A stretch of DNA of 64,000 nucleotides, from positions 1,504,001-1,568,000 of the forward strand of contig OZ245777.1 of the NCBI GenBank assembly GCA_965227775.1. Reading direction: 5' to 3'. Positions within the stretch are counted from its first letter, which is position 1. Every line of letters begins with the position of its first letter. Both the position numbers and the translations under genes were made by a program. Origin of the DNA: Phycisphaerales bacterium. Lineage in GTDB: Bacteria; Planctomycetota; Phycisphaerae; Phycisphaerales; UBA1924. Positions 1-10,148 of the stretch are shown piece by piece. The notes beneath the pieces were generated by a model, which ran no database searches, was not told the DNA's origin, and was given only the letters and a program-made list of their open reading frames with translations.

Positions 1-147
1 AGCGGCGCACACGTGGGCGGCGCTGATGGGCGCATCTTCGGCTTCGAGCCCCACGCGAGACGTGGCGTCCACGAATCGAAGCTGGGCGTGGGCGAGCGGA
101 CTGGCAGCAACCGCAACGGCGAGCCCTGCCGCCAGTCGCACACGCAT
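1..147 (-). CDS. 5' part of a secreted protein, probably CRTAC1/FG-GAP family (runs off the window)
   Basis: Manual translation from ATG at 147: MRVRLAAGLAVAVAASPLAHAQLRFVDATSRVGLE...; signal peptide ending AHA, followed by an FVDAT..VGL motif typical of CRTAC1/FG-GAP proteins; not in the supplied ORF track. Confidence 0.6.
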   Translation of the reverse strand, partial: MRVRLAAGLAVAVAASPLAHAQLRFVDATSRVGLEAEDAPISAAHVCAA

Positions 148-189
148 AGGTGCAGGGTAATGTCGCATGCGGCATGGTACCGCGCTGAT

Positions 190-1020
190 TCAGCTATCGG
201 GAGAGTTGATCCAGCCGTACTCCTGGCCGCGATCGGTGATCTTCCACCAGTCGGCCTTGCCGTTGTTCACGCGTGCGTAGATGCAGTTGGCGGTAAAGTC
301 GTCTCGCTCCTCGACGCGCTCGCCGCGAGGCCCCTTCTCGAACTTGGTGATCTCGACCACACCGTCGGCATACAGCACATGGCCGCCCTTGTCGTGGCGA
401 TCGGTGATCTGGTCGAGGTTGCCCCAGTAGCCCTCGGTGAACTGCTGGTTGTAGAACCACACGCTCTCCTCGATGTAGACCGGCACCGCCCGCATCGCCG
501 TGAGTCGGCTCTCGCCTGAATCCGACGTCATGCGGATCGGCTTGCTCGTCCGCACGTCGGTCAGCCGCGCGACCTGCACCTCCTGGCCAAGGCGATACCC
601 CTGCACCTCATCGAACATGGTGTAGTCGAAGTTGAGGTCAGTAAACGAGCCGTAGAGCGTGCCGCTGCTGCGCCCGTCGCCCGAACGACGCTTGTTCTTC
701 GGGCAGCCGCAGATCTCGTGGGCGTCCTCCACGTAGTCGAAGATCACGCCTGGATCCGACCGATCGATCGCTCCACGGTTGTCGCGACCGAATGCCCAAT
801 CCTCGGCCGGCCACAACTGCTCCTTGTAGTCGTTGGAGTAGACCGTCATCGCCACGCCCATCTGCCGCAGATTCTGCGCGCAGATCGTCGTGTGGGCGAG
901 GTCGCGGGCTCCTGCCAGACTCGGGATCAGGATGCCAATCAGGACGGCGATGATCGCGATCACGACCAGCAACTCGATCAGCGTGAATGCACGGCAGCAG
1001 CATTTAGTCTTAGGGGTCAC
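190..1020 (-). CDS. prepilin-type N-terminal cleavage/methylation protein, DUF1559 / H-X9-DG family
   Basis: AFTLIELLVVIAIIAVLIGILIPSL..AR...C..NLRQ N-terminus and RHDKGGHVLYADG (H-X9-DG). Confidence 0.9.
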   Translation of the reverse strand: MTPKTKCCCRAFTLIELLVVIAIIAVLIGILIPSLAGARDLAHTTICAQNLRQMGVAMTVYSNDYKEQLWPAEDWAFGRDNRGAIDRSDPGVIFDYVEDAHEICGCPKNKRRSGDGRSSGTLYGSFTDLNFDYTMFDEVQGYRLGQEVQVARLTDVRTSKPIRMTSDSGESRLTAMRAVPVYIEESVWFYNQQFTEGYWGNLDQITDRHDKGGHVLYADGVVEITKFEKGPRGERVEERDDFTANCIYARVNNGKADWWKITDRGQEYGWINSPDS

Positions 1021-1169
1021 CCCAGCAGTATAACGACGAACGCGTATCCGGCAAACCCGATTTCGCGGGCCAGTTTCTTCGGCCTCGCCTCCAAGATCGG
1101 GTGCGAGATCTGGCGTCGTCCGAGTACGCTACCGGTGTTGCGGGGCACACCATTTGAGAGGAGATTGTC

Positions 1170-1997
1170 ATGAAGCTCGCATTGATGCTTGCTGGAACGG
1201 CGTCGCTGGCCGCAATCACGTCGGCACAGGCCCAGATCCTCGTCTATGACGAGAACAGCCGCAATAGCTACGCGCTCAACGCCGCCGAATTCGTGCGGCC
1301 GGGTGATGTCGTTCGCGCACGAGCCGGCGACTTCGGTGCCCTGCTCGACAGCCAGGACTGGGAACTCGTAGTCATGGACTACCCCAGCACGAGGCCCGCG
1401 TCCGGTACCGACGTCCTGGTCGACTATGTGAACGATGGTGGCCTGGTCATCCTTTCGACATGGTTCTCCATCTACAGCGAGACGCCCGGACTGTTCGAGG
1501 CCTTCGGTGCTACAGGCGGTGTCAGCATCTCGCTCGGAACGAATTTCGTCGACACCACCGGAACTGCGGCGGCCGATCAGGTCTTCGACGGTGTCACGAT
1601 GCCCTGGTTCGATTGGATCGCAGCGTGGGGCAGCGATGGCGTGGCGTTCGACGTCTTGCCCGAGACCGAGGAACTCGCCACCGTGAGCGATGCGTCCGGG
1701 CCCGTGAAGATCTTGGCCAACGAGGGACGCACCATCGCGACCTTCCTCTTGGACGTGTGGGATGGAAGCGGCGAGGCCGAGGCCGTCTGGGAAAACATGA
1801 TGAACCTCGTGCTCGAAGGAGCACCCAGCTGCCGTGTCGACCTGGACATGGATGGCAGCCTGACCATCTTCGACTTCTTGAGGTTCCAGAACCTCTTCGA
1901 CGACGGCGATCTGCTGGCTGACTTCGACGGCGATGGCGACCTGACCATCTTCGACTTCCTCGCTTTCCAGAACGAGTTCGACATCGGCTGCGACTAG
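1170..1997 (+). CDS. secreted protein with C-terminal GC-type dockerin-like domain
   Basis: Signal peptide (..SAQA), AGGAG RBS upstream, tail CRVDLDMDGSLTIFDFLRFQNLF...ADFDGDGDLTIFDFLAFQNEFDIGC. Confidence 0.85.
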   Translation: MKLALMLAGTASLAAITSAQAQILVYDENSRNSYALNAAEFVRPGDVVRARAGDFGALLDSQDWELVVMDYPSTRPASGTDVLVDYVNDGGLVILSTWFSIYSETPGLFEAFGATGGVSISLGTNFVDTTGTAAADQVFDGVTMPWFDWIAAWGSDGVAFDVLPETEELATVSDASGPVKILANEGRTIATFLLDVWDGSGEAEAVWENMMNLVLEGAPSCRVDLDMDGSLTIFDFLRFQNLFDDGDLLADFDGDGDLTIFDFLAFQNEFDIGCD

Positions 1998-2130
1998 CCG
2001 GCCGGCATCACCGACCGAGAACCCGCTCGCGAACGCCCAGACCGCGCCACCCCGTCAGGCGGCCCGGCTGGGCGTTGTTTGCGTGGCATCCGGTGCGTCT
2101 CCAATCGATGCTCATTGCGGAGGAGCCACC

Positions 2131-2637
2131 ATGCCACCCACGCCCGCTCGCACCGCGGCCCCGACAATCCGGACCAGACATGCCTTCACGCTCGTCGAGA
2201 TCCTCATCGTGGTGGTCATCCTCGGCATCCTCGCGGCCATCGTCATGCCGCAGGCAGCCAATGCCATGGGCAACACTCGGCAGACCGCATTCGTACGCGA
2301 GATCCAGCTCTTCACCGACGCCGCGGTCATCCACCGCTCGCAGACGGGATTTTGGATCGGCGACGGGGGCTCGGGCACCATTCCCGACGGCTTCGAGGAC
2401 TTCATCGATCCCGCGTCGTACGAGAACGGCACACCCATCGACGGCGTGTGGGACACCGAGACCCGGCCCGACTACGACCTCACGCTCGGGATCGGCGTGC
2501 ACTTCAACGATGCCAGCGAGCGGAAGGACGCCGCCTACATGGCCCAGGTTGACGCGATCTTCGACGATGGCGACCTTGCTACCGGTGGATTCCAGCAGTT
2601 TGCCAGCGACCGGTTCTACTTCATCGTCGAGTACTAG
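2131..2637 (+). CDS. type II secretion / type IV pilin-like (GspG-like) protein
   Basis: AFTLVEILIVVVILGILAAIVMPQ prepilin motif; GGAGGAG RBS before ATG at 2131. Confidence 0.85.
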   Translation: MPPTPARTAAPTIRTRHAFTLVEILIVVVILGILAAIVMPQAANAMGNTRQTAFVREIQLFTDAAVIHRSQTGFWIGDGGSGTIPDGFEDFIDPASYENGTPIDGVWDTETRPDYDLTLGIGVHFNDASERKDAAYMAQVDAIFDDGDLATGGFQQFASDRFYFIVEY

Positions 2638-2833
2638 TGCACGGGGACGACCGACCGATGGGTTACACCGGCCGGCCGCCCCGCTCTCCCTCGGATCACT
2701 GACGCAGCCGCCACGCGGTCGGCCGAGCCGCGCGACAACATGTTCCTCCCGCCCGGGAGCGAGAAACCACCGCGTCGCTCACGCGACAATCCAAAAAAAA
2801 GTTGCCTGGCCGTGAGTCGGCCGAACCCATCCC

Positions 2834-4231
2834 TTACCAGACCGTGACTGCGGCCTTTTGGAAGGGGTAGATCGAGCCCAGGCCGAGGATCCCCGTGAGC
2901 TCGTCGAGGGCCGATCGGCACTCTTCTAGGAGTTCGGGATCGGCCAGGTCGGCCGGCGTCAGCGTCTCGCGATAGTGCCGTTCGATCCAGCCCTCGAGCT
3001 TCTGGCCGAGCTCATCGCTCAGCAGCACGCCCTGGCGCATCGCGGCCAGGTCGGCCGGGCCCAGCACAACCCGCAGCCGAAGGCATGCGGGCCCGCCGCC
3101 GTTCTGCATGCTCTCACGCACGTCGACGTAATGGACCGCCCCGATGGGGTTCGAGCCGTCGGCGACGATCCGGTCGATTGCCGCGACTACGCGGGGCTCG
3201 TCTTCGCAATCGGTCGGGGCGATGATCGCCATCGATCCGTCGGGCAGCGTCACGAGCTGGCTGTTGAACAGGTACCGCTTCACGGCCACCTCGATCGGTA
3301 CCTCGTCGGCCCCGACCTCGATGAACACCGGCTCGAAACTCAGTCCGGCGCACGCCCGCCTTACGTCGTCGTACGTCGCCTGCTTGTCGGCAAACGCGAG
3401 CTCATGGGCGAGCAGCACGGGCCCATTACCCACGGCGATCACGTCGTTGTGGAACACGCCCGCGTCGATCGCCTCGGGGTGCTGCCGCGCGAACACGACA
3501 CGGTCGGCGTTGAGGCCGTGTAGCCTCGCGACTGCCTGGCAGGACTCGAGCGTCTGCCGGGCGGGGAATCGCTGCGGCAGGCCGTCGACGCGCTCGTTCT
3601 CCCGCCACCTGCCATAGACGAACAACTCGACACCCGCATCGCCGTGCGTGGGCGCAAGACGCGTGTGGTTCGCGGCGCCCTCGTCGGCGAAGTCGGGCGT
3701 GTGCGGCAGCGCTTCATGTACGACGAATCGGCTCTCATCATCAAAGATCGTGCGCAACGTGCGGGTCGTCTGCGGCGCCTCGATGGCCCGGTGCGCGTTG
3801 GTGACGAGGTTCGCCGTCGTCATGTGCAAGCGGCCATCGGTGGTATCCGCGGCCGGCGAGACCGTGGCGGCGTTCGCAGCCCACATGCTGCTCGAACTGC
3901 ACGCCGAGGCCAGCAATCGCGGCGCCTCGTGCGCAGCCCGCGTGATGACTTCGGCATCCTCACTGCCAAGCACGCCGACGGCGCGCAGGAACGCCACATC
4001 GGGCCTGACCTGTGGCGGAAGCACGCCCTGCGTGAGCCCGAGCGATCGGAGCGTGCGCATCTTCTGAAGGCCCTGGAGCGCGGCTCGCCTCGGGTGGGCC
4101 ACGTGCCCAGCGTGCTCGGCGCTCAGCAGATTGCCGTGGGCCAGCCCCGCGTAGTTGTGCGTCGGGCCTACAAGGCTGTCGAAGTTGGCTTCCACCGTGC
4201 TGGTGGCCGTCTGTTGGGGCGTGCTGGCCAT
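2834..4231 (-). CDS. astB: N-succinylarginine dihydrolase
   Basis: EANFDSLVGPTHNYAGL, SSMWAANAATVSP, DEGAANHTRL, GVFHNDVIAVGN, ESMQNGGGPACLRLRVVL motifs. Confidence 0.95.
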   Translation of the reverse strand: MASTPQQTATSTVEANFDSLVGPTHNYAGLAHGNLLSAEHAGHVAHPRRAALQGLQKMRTLRSLGLTQGVLPPQVRPDVAFLRAVGVLGSEDAEVITRAAHEAPRLLASACSSSSMWAANAATVSPAADTTDGRLHMTTANLVTNAHRAIEAPQTTRTLRTIFDDESRFVVHEALPHTPDFADEGAANHTRLAPTHGDAGVELFVYGRWRENERVDGLPQRFPARQTLESCQAVARLHGLNADRVVFARQHPEAIDAGVFHNDVIAVGNGPVLLAHELAFADKQATYDDVRRACAGLSFEPVFIEVGADEVPIEVAVKRYLFNSQLVTLPDGSMAIIAPTDCEDEPRVVAAIDRIVADGSNPIGAVHYVDVRESMQNGGGPACLRLRVVLGPADLAAMRQGVLLSDELGQKLEGWIERHYRETLTPADLADPELLEECRSALDELTGILGLGSIYPFQKAAVTVW

Positions 4232-4263
4232 CGGTGATTGTTGGGGGTCATCACCCCAATCGC

Positions 4264-4292
4264 TTGGCCGGCGGGCACTTTTGACCTATCCT
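4264..4292 (+). promoter_or_regulatory. putative sigma70-type promoter of tRNA-Glu
   Basis: TTGGCC-N17-TATCCT ending 16 nt upstream of the tRNA. Confidence 0.5.
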
Positions 4293-4308
4293 CAGCCTCG
4301 TCCACGGC

Positions 4309-4381
4309 GGCCCCATCGTCTAGTGGTTTAGGACACCGCCCTTTCACGGCGGCGACCCGGGTTCGAATCCCGGTGGGGTCA
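4309..4381 (+). tRNA. tRNA-Glu (anticodon TTC), CCA not encoded
   Basis: Cloverleaf: acceptor GGCCCCA/TGGGGTC, anticodon arm CCGCC-CTTTCAC-GGCGG, T arm CCGGG-TTCGAAT-CCCGG. Confidence 0.97.
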
Positions 4382-4583
4382 TTCCCTTATTCTCCCCGCT
4401 GTATTGATCCTCCTGCAGGTGGCGTTCGAGCCACCCGCAGAATGAGGCCTGATTCACTGCGTCGTCACGGCTGGTTCAGTGGCGCGGTGGAAGCTACATG
4501 GTGAAACGTCGCCCGCTGCGTCAAGCCCCGTGTGGGGCTCGCCACGAGCGAAGTGCACGACCTCGACGAAGGAGTGCCGAACC

Positions 4584-5822
4584 ATGAGCTTCCAAAACAC
4601 CAACGCCGGCAAGAAGCGCAAAGCAGTTCTGACAGTCGCCGCTGCCACCGGCCTAGCCCTGTCAACAGCATCGCTGGCTGCCGCCATCGCTCAAGATCGC
4701 GCAACCCGCGGCCATGAGCAAGGCCGGGAGCACCAGCTGGACCGCTCGTACCACTTTCAATCCGCCGATGCGATCCTGGGCAAGCCGCTCACCAACCGCA
4801 GCGGCGAGGAACTCGGCACCATCGATGACCTGATCATCGATCGCGGCACCGGCCGGATCGAGGCCTTGGTCATCCGCGAGGGCGGCTTCCTGGGCTTCGG
4901 CGGCACCCATGTGTCGATCCCGTTCGAGGCGTTCTTTGTCGACAGGGAGAACGCGAGCCTCACCCTCAACGCCAGCGACGACATGCTCGAGGCTAAGGAC
5001 GATGTGCTGCCCCAGGGGTGGCGTCGCCTGAACGATGGGTGGGAACGCGAGCTCATTATGCTCGCCGAATCTCAGCAAGTGCTCCGTCAGGAACTACCCG
5101 CCGCCGACAGGGGTGCCGAGATCCAGACTATTTCCGGCACCATCACCAAAATCGAGCGCATTGATCTGAACGAAGACCGTCACTGGCTGCACATCGAGAT
5201 CGGTGAGTCCGCCGACATGCGGCGAAACGGCGAGCGAGTGTGGAGCGAGGGTAAGTGGGTCGTTCTCGGCCCAGCGTGGTACTGCACTGGCGGAGACACG
5301 CCGCCCGTGCGCGGCCAGCGCATCGAGGTCGAAGCCTTCTTGGGCAACGACGGCCAGATGTTCGCCAAGGCCGCGACTTTCGATGGCGTCCGTGTTGGCT
5401 ACCGCACCGACGACCTCGAGCCCTTGTGGACCGATCGCGGCATGCGCTCCGACAGCCAGCGCAGCCCTGGCCCCATGGTGCTGCTGACAAACCTGATCGA
5501 CGAACGCGTTATCTGGGGCCAGACAGACGAGGTCGTCGGCGAAGTCTCTGATGCGTACCTCGAGCTCACCACCGGCCATGTGGCGGTACTGGCTGTCGAT
5601 GTCAACGGCGACTGGTGGGGTCAGGGTGAGGGCCCGCGTGGCATCCCGTTCGACATCGCCCGCATCGGTCGAGACGCGGTGAAGCTCGACGCCACAGATG
5701 CCATGCTGGACGGTGCCGAGGTGCTGCGGGAGGATCCGTCGGTTCTCCGTCAGCGGCAGTACCGCGAGCGGATGTTCTTGGTGTTTGAGGTCCAGCCGCC
5801 CGAATTCGTGGCCCGCCGCTAG
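4584..5822 (+). CDS. secreted PRC-barrel domain protein (two PRC-like barrels around a central OB-like region)
   Basis: Signal peptide; ILGKPLTNRSGEELGTIDDLIIDRGTGRIEALVIREGGFLGFG..VSIPF; second barrel VVGEVSDAYLELTTGHVAVL..IPF; AAGGAG RBS. Confidence 0.85.
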   Translation: MSFQNTNAGKKRKAVLTVAAATGLALSTASLAAAIAQDRATRGHEQGREHQLDRSYHFQSADAILGKPLTNRSGEELGTIDDLIIDRGTGRIEALVIREGGFLGFGGTHVSIPFEAFFVDRENASLTLNASDDMLEAKDDVLPQGWRRLNDGWERELIMLAESQQVLRQELPAADRGAEIQTISGTITKIERIDLNEDRHWLHIEIGESADMRRNGERVWSEGKWVVLGPAWYCTGGDTPPVRGQRIEVEAFLGNDGQMFAKAATFDGVRVGYRTDDLEPLWTDRGMRSDSQRSPGPMVLLTNLIDERVIWGQTDEVVGEVSDAYLELTTGHVAVLAVDVNGDWWGQGEGPRGIPFDIARIGRDAVKLDATDAMLDGAEVLREDPSVLRQRQYRERMFLVFEVQPPEFVARR

Positions 5823-5993
5823 TCGCCAACGACCGCAAACCCTGTCGTTTGCGCAAGTTGGAGGGGCTCGGGCCCGAGAACGAAGCCCGCGGGCCTCTTT
5901 CGCTTCGCTTTGCGGAGAGAAGACGGGGCGGCCGACGATACAATGGTGTCGCGGGCGGGATGGCCGTCGCCCGTGAAGGAACCCAGGGCGACC

Positions 5994-7391
5994 ATGAGCG
6001 ATTGGATCGACGCCGAGGCCCATGTCGAGCGGGCCCACGATCTATACGAAGCCGGCCGTTGGGCCGAAGCCGCAGCCGCGCTCCGCGAGGCCATCGCCCT
6101 TAATCCCTACCAGCCCGACTGGCTCTTCAACCTCGGCGTCGCGCTCGAAGCTGACGGCCGATACGAAGAAGCCGCGTCAGCCTTTGGCGAGAGCTACCAG
6201 CTCCGCTCGGGTGACTTCAACGCCGCCATGGCCGCCGGTGTGAACCTCGTTCGCGCTGGCAAGGTCCGCCAGGCGCTCGGCTGGTTCGATAAGGCCGAGA
6301 CCGCCGAGCCCGGCGAGACGTACCCCGCCATCGCCCGCATCGAGGCGCATGCTGAGCTTGGCGAGCACGACGAAGCCGAGCTCGCGTTCTACATGCTCCA
6401 GCAGCGCAAGCCCGACTGTGCCGAGGCATATTCTGCCATCGCCGCCAGTCTCCTGGCCCGCGGGCTGCACGACCGCGCCGTGTGGTGCCTGCGTGAGGCG
6501 GCCCGCCTCGACGCAGACCTTCCTGGCGTGCAGGCCAAGCTGGCAGAGGCCTACTGGCAGACCGGCCGCCACGAACGCGCCCGCCAGCTCTTCCTCATCG
6601 AGCTGCGCGAGGACCCCGGCGACGTCGGCGTGCTCATGAGCCTGGGTCGGTTGCTTGTTGAAATGCGTCGCCTCGACGAGGCCCGCGAGAAGTTCGGCCG
6701 CGTGCTCGAGCTCGAGCCTGACCACGCCGAAGCGCACGCCGAGCTCGGCTTCCTGCACGAGAAGCGCGGCGAGCCGACCAAGGCCGTCGTGCACCTCGAC
6801 GTCGCCCGCCGGCTCGAGCCCGACAACGGCCGAGTCACGCGCCGGCTCGCGCGCCTCTTGCTTGCCTCGCCCAAGAACGAAGACCGCCAGCGCACCGTCG
6901 AATTGCTCGAGGCCGAGGTCGAGCGCCTCCGCCGCGCCGCCGAGGGACAGGAAGACGACGAGCGTTCGGCCGACGGTGCGGCCCTTGCCGAGCTCGGCGA
7001 GCTCTTGATCGACGCCGGTGCGCAGGCGCAGGCCATCCGCGTGCTGAGCCGGGCGGTGCGCATGCGTCCGCACGATGCCCGTCTCTGGCACTGGCTCGGC
7101 CTCGCGCACTTCCACGCGGGCGATCGGTCGTCGGGTATCGATGCCACGCGTGAGGCCGTCCGGCTCGACCCCCGGTTCGTGCCGGCCATGCACAACATCG
7201 CGCTCGCCCTGCTCCGCGAGGGGCAGTGGTCTCGCGCCCGCTACTGGATCAAGCAGGGCCTCTCGATCGAGCCCGAAGACGCGTCGCTGCGGCGTTTGGA
7301 TGTGCAGCTCAAGCTGCACCGCTTCGGCTGGAGCCTCCACTGGCTCGCTTCGGTCTGGCTGCTCCGCCGCCGGCCGGCCCCGCGAAACTAA
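5994..7391 (+). CDS. tetratricopeptide repeat protein
   Basis: Repeated TPR-like units (WLFNLGVALEADGRYEEA; AHAELGFLHEKRGEPTKA); start codon uncertain. Confidence 0.9.
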   Translation: MSDWIDAEAHVERAHDLYEAGRWAEAAAALREAIALNPYQPDWLFNLGVALEADGRYEEAASAFGESYQLRSGDFNAAMAAGVNLVRAGKVRQALGWFDKAETAEPGETYPAIARIEAHAELGEHDEAELAFYMLQQRKPDCAEAYSAIAASLLARGLHDRAVWCLREAARLDADLPGVQAKLAEAYWQTGRHERARQLFLIELREDPGDVGVLMSLGRLLVEMRRLDEAREKFGRVLELEPDHAEAHAELGFLHEKRGEPTKAVVHLDVARRLEPDNGRVTRRLARLLLASPKNEDRQRTVELLEAEVERLRRAAEGQEDDERSADGAALAELGELLIDAGAQAQAIRVLSRAVRMRPHDARLWHWLGLAHFHAGDRSSGIDATREAVRLDPRFVPAMHNIALALLREGQWSRARYWIKQGLSIEPEDASLRRLDVQLKLHRFGWSLHWLASVWLLRRRPAPRN

Positions 7392-7392
7392 A

Positions 7393-8607
7393 CTAGCTCG
7401 AAGCAACTACCGGTACGACCTGCGCGATGCCCGCTAGCGCGCGCTCGACGTCGGCCGCCGTTGTAAACGGGCCAAAGCTCACACGCACGGTGCCGCCCAG
7501 AGCGGTCGTGTCCATCGATTCGTGTGCGCCCGGTGCGCAGTGCAGTCCCGCCCGCACGAGAAGCTCGTGCTCGCGCTCCAGCACATCTGCGGCCTCGTTG
7601 GGATCCACGCCGTCGAACACGAGCCCGAACACTGCAACACGATGCCCGGCACTCCGAGGCCCGACGAGTCGCACGCCGGGAATCTCATCAAGTCCAGCCA
7701 TAAACCGCTCGATGAGCGCGACCTCGTGCGCCCGCAACGCGTCGATCCCGCGGTCAAGCACGTACCGCACGCCGGGAATGAGTCCCGCGATACCCACGGT
7801 GTTGTGCGAGCCGGGTTCGTAGCGATCGGGCAATTCCGTCGGCTGGGTGTCGTCTTCGCTGCGCGAGCCGGTGCCACCCTCGCGCATGGTGTCGAGCCGT
7901 TCCTCCATGCCCGGAGCGACAAACAGCCCGCCTGTGCCCAGCGGCCCGAGCAGGCCTTTGTGCCCCGGGAAGGCAAGCAGGTCGATCCGGTCGCGCTGCA
8001 CGTCAACGGAGAGATGTCCCACGCTCTGCGCGGCGTCGACGAGGAAGGGCACGTCTTGCGCTCGGCAATGCGTTCCGATCTCACCGACGGGCTGGATGGC
8101 GCCCGTCGCATTGCTCGCGTGCACGACGGCGACCAGCGCGGTCTCGCTGGTGATCGCCCGCGCAACGTCGTCCGGATCGACGATGCCCTGCTCGTTCACG
8201 GCGACGCGTGTCCAACGGAACAGCCCCGGCAGCATCGCTCGAAGCGCATTGAGCGGCCGGAGCACCGAGTTGTGGTCCATCGCGGTCGTGACGACGTGGA
8301 TGCGCGCGTCCGGGTCGATGCGGAGCCTATTGAACACCAGGCCCTTGATCGCCATATTGAGCGCATCGCTGGTGTTGAGCGCGAAGATCACCCGGTCGGG
8401 GTCCTCCGCGTTGATGAGACGGGCGATCAGTCGGCGGCACTCGCCCAACACGCCGGCGCCCTGCCTTGCCTCCCGGTATCCACCACGCCCGGGAGAGGAG
8501 CCGATCTCGCTGCCGTAGCGGGCCATCGCCTCATACACGCCCGGAGCCTTCGGGAAGCTGGTGGCCGCATTGTCGAGGTAGAGTCGTTCGCGGGTCGTCT
8601 CGGACAT
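7393..8607 (-). CDS. class V aminotransferase, cysteine desulfurase family
   Basis: YLDNAATSFPK, DHNSVLRP, VDAAQSVG, AFPGHKGLLGP (PLP Lys), RAGLHCAP (catalytic Cys). Confidence 0.92.
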   Translation of the reverse strand: MSETTRERLYLDNAATSFPKAPGVYEAMARYGSEIGSSPGRGGYREARQGAGVLGECRRLIARLINAEDPDRVIFALNTSDALNMAIKGLVFNRLRIDPDARIHVVTTAMDHNSVLRPLNALRAMLPGLFRWTRVAVNEQGIVDPDDVARAITSETALVAVVHASNATGAIQPVGEIGTHCRAQDVPFLVDAAQSVGHLSVDVQRDRIDLLAFPGHKGLLGPLGTGGLFVAPGMEERLDTMREGGTGSRSEDDTQPTELPDRYEPGSHNTVGIAGLIPGVRYVLDRGIDALRAHEVALIERFMAGLDEIPGVRLVGPRSAGHRVAVFGLVFDGVDPNEAADVLEREHELLVRAGLHCAPGAHESMDTTALGGTVRVSFGPFTTAADVERALAGIAQVVPVVASS

Positions 8608-8740
8608 CGAGGGAGTCTATGACCGGCCGCGCCGACTGTCGGCTTTGGCTGCGTGGTCGGGCATCCACGCGTACCATGCGGCCTCTAAAACCGGGGGTTT
8701 CTGGGCCCCGACGGCCCTTGGAAAGAGGGGGGGCCGGCGG

Positions 8741-9754
8741 TTGAGCACATCATCGCAGGCGTTGCGCAATCGCGCCGCGCAGTACGCCCCCTTCGTCGTA
8801 TGGGCGGTGTGGTTCCTCATGGCGTGGGTCGTCGCCGTCGTCCACCTCGGGTTGGGGCCGACTCTCGCGCGCGAGTGGCCCATCGGCGTAGCCATGGCAC
8901 TCGGCAGCTACGTTGCCGGCAGTACGCCCATGGGCGGGGGCACGGTGGGCTTTCCCATCCTCGTGCTGTTCTTCGACGAGCCCGTAGGCCTTGGCCGCAA
9001 CTTCAGCTTCCTGATCCAGAGCGTGGGCATGACTTCCGCGACGATCCTGATCCTCTGCGGGAGGTTGCCGCTGGCCGTGCGGCCATTGCTGTGGTCGATG
9101 GCGGTTGCGGTCGTGGTCGTGCCCATCGCCTCCAGAACGCTGGTGCCCCTGTTGCCCGACGCCGTAGTGAAGCTGGCGTTCGCGGTGATCTGGGCAGGAT
9201 TTGGCATCATGACGCTCGTGAAGCTCAGGCAGATCCTGACGCCACATCCCCGTATCGCGCGATCGGCGGGCTTCGATGCGTGTGCGGGAATCGCGGCGGG
9301 CCTCATCGGTGGGCTCGCAACCGCGGCCACCGGGGTAGGCATCGACATGGTGCTCTACACCATCCTGGTGCTGCTTTATCGCGCCGACCTCCGAACGGCC
9401 GTTGCAACCAGCGTCGTGGTCATGGCCTTCACGTCGTTGGTGGGGGCCCTCAACGCGTCGACGCTGGGCCAGATCGATGTGCCGGTGCTGAGCAAGTGGG
9501 TGGCCGCTGCACCGATCGTGCTGCTCGGGGCACCCCTGGGCGTCCTCATGATGAGGCTCATCCCGCGCGGCGTGACGCTGGTGACAGTTTCTCTGCTCTG
9601 CCTGGCCCAGTACTTCTGGGCTCTAACCAATGTCGGCCTGACCTGGGCCACGCTGGGCGGCTCGGTGCTTGCCGTGCTGCTGCTCAATGCCTGCTTCCAC
9701 GTCATGTACCGGTTCGCCGAGCCGCCGAAAGCCCCGCCGCCCGGAGCAGCGTAA
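8741..9754 (+). CDS. sulfite exporter TauE/SafE family membrane protein
   Basis: Multi-TM protein with GSTPMGGGTVGFPILV and ATGVGIDM motifs; start approximate. Confidence 0.8.
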   Translation: MSTSSQALRNRAAQYAPFVVWAVWFLMAWVVAVVHLGLGPTLAREWPIGVAMALGSYVAGSTPMGGGTVGFPILVLFFDEPVGLGRNFSFLIQSVGMTSATILILCGRLPLAVRPLLWSMAVAVVVVPIASRTLVPLLPDAVVKLAFAVIWAGFGIMTLVKLRQILTPHPRIARSAGFDACAGIAAGLIGGLATAATGVGIDMVLYTILVLLYRADLRTAVATSVVVMAFTSLVGALNASTLGQIDVPVLSKWVAAAPIVLLGAPLGVLMMRLIPRGVTLVTVSLLCLAQYFWALTNVGLTWATLGGSVLAVLLLNACFHVMYRFAEPPKAPPPGAA

Positions 9755-9763
9755 AATCGCCCG

Positions 9764-10138
9764 ATGACCAGAGACACCCGCCAGCGCCGGGCGATCCGCT
9801 CGGTGTTCGATGATGCAGACGGCCCGTTGGGTCCGCAGGAAGTCCTCGATCGTGCCCAGCAGGAGGTTCCCGGCATCGGGCTGGCGACCATCTACCGCAC
9901 CATCAAGCTGATGCTCGACGATCAGGAGCTCTCAGCCGTCGAGCTTCCCGGAGAGCCCGCCCGCTACGAGCCGGCCGATCGTTCCAACAGCCACCACCAC
10001 TTCTTCAAGTGCGACGCCTGCGGCAGGGTCTACGAGGTGCAGGGCTGCGTGAGCAATCCAGCCGGTCTGGCCCCGGATGGCTTCCAGGTTTCCCGGCACG
10101 AGATCGTGCTGTACGGCACCTGCGCCGCCTGCGCATAG
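9764..10138 (+). CDS. Fur-family transcriptional regulator
   Basis: TRQRRAI, IGLATIYRTI, HHHFFKCDACG, C-terminal CAAC. Confidence 0.92.
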   Translation: MTRDTRQRRAIRSVFDDADGPLGPQEVLDRAQQEVPGIGLATIYRTIKLMLDDQELSAVELPGEPARYEPADRSNSHHHFFKCDACGRVYEVQGCVSNPAGLAPDGFQVSRHEIVLYGTCAACA

Positions 10139-10148
10139 GGTCATCTCG

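Noticed and set aside
2793..2800. A8 run in the intergenic region after the pilin-like gene and astB
   Set aside because: Could be the U-tract of an astB terminator, but I could not find a convincing adjacent stem; non-coding, no evidence for phase variation
4309..5822. tRNA-Glu as an integration site of a genomic island
   Set aside because: No integrase, no duplicated tRNA 3' end noticed in the window, and flanking genes look native
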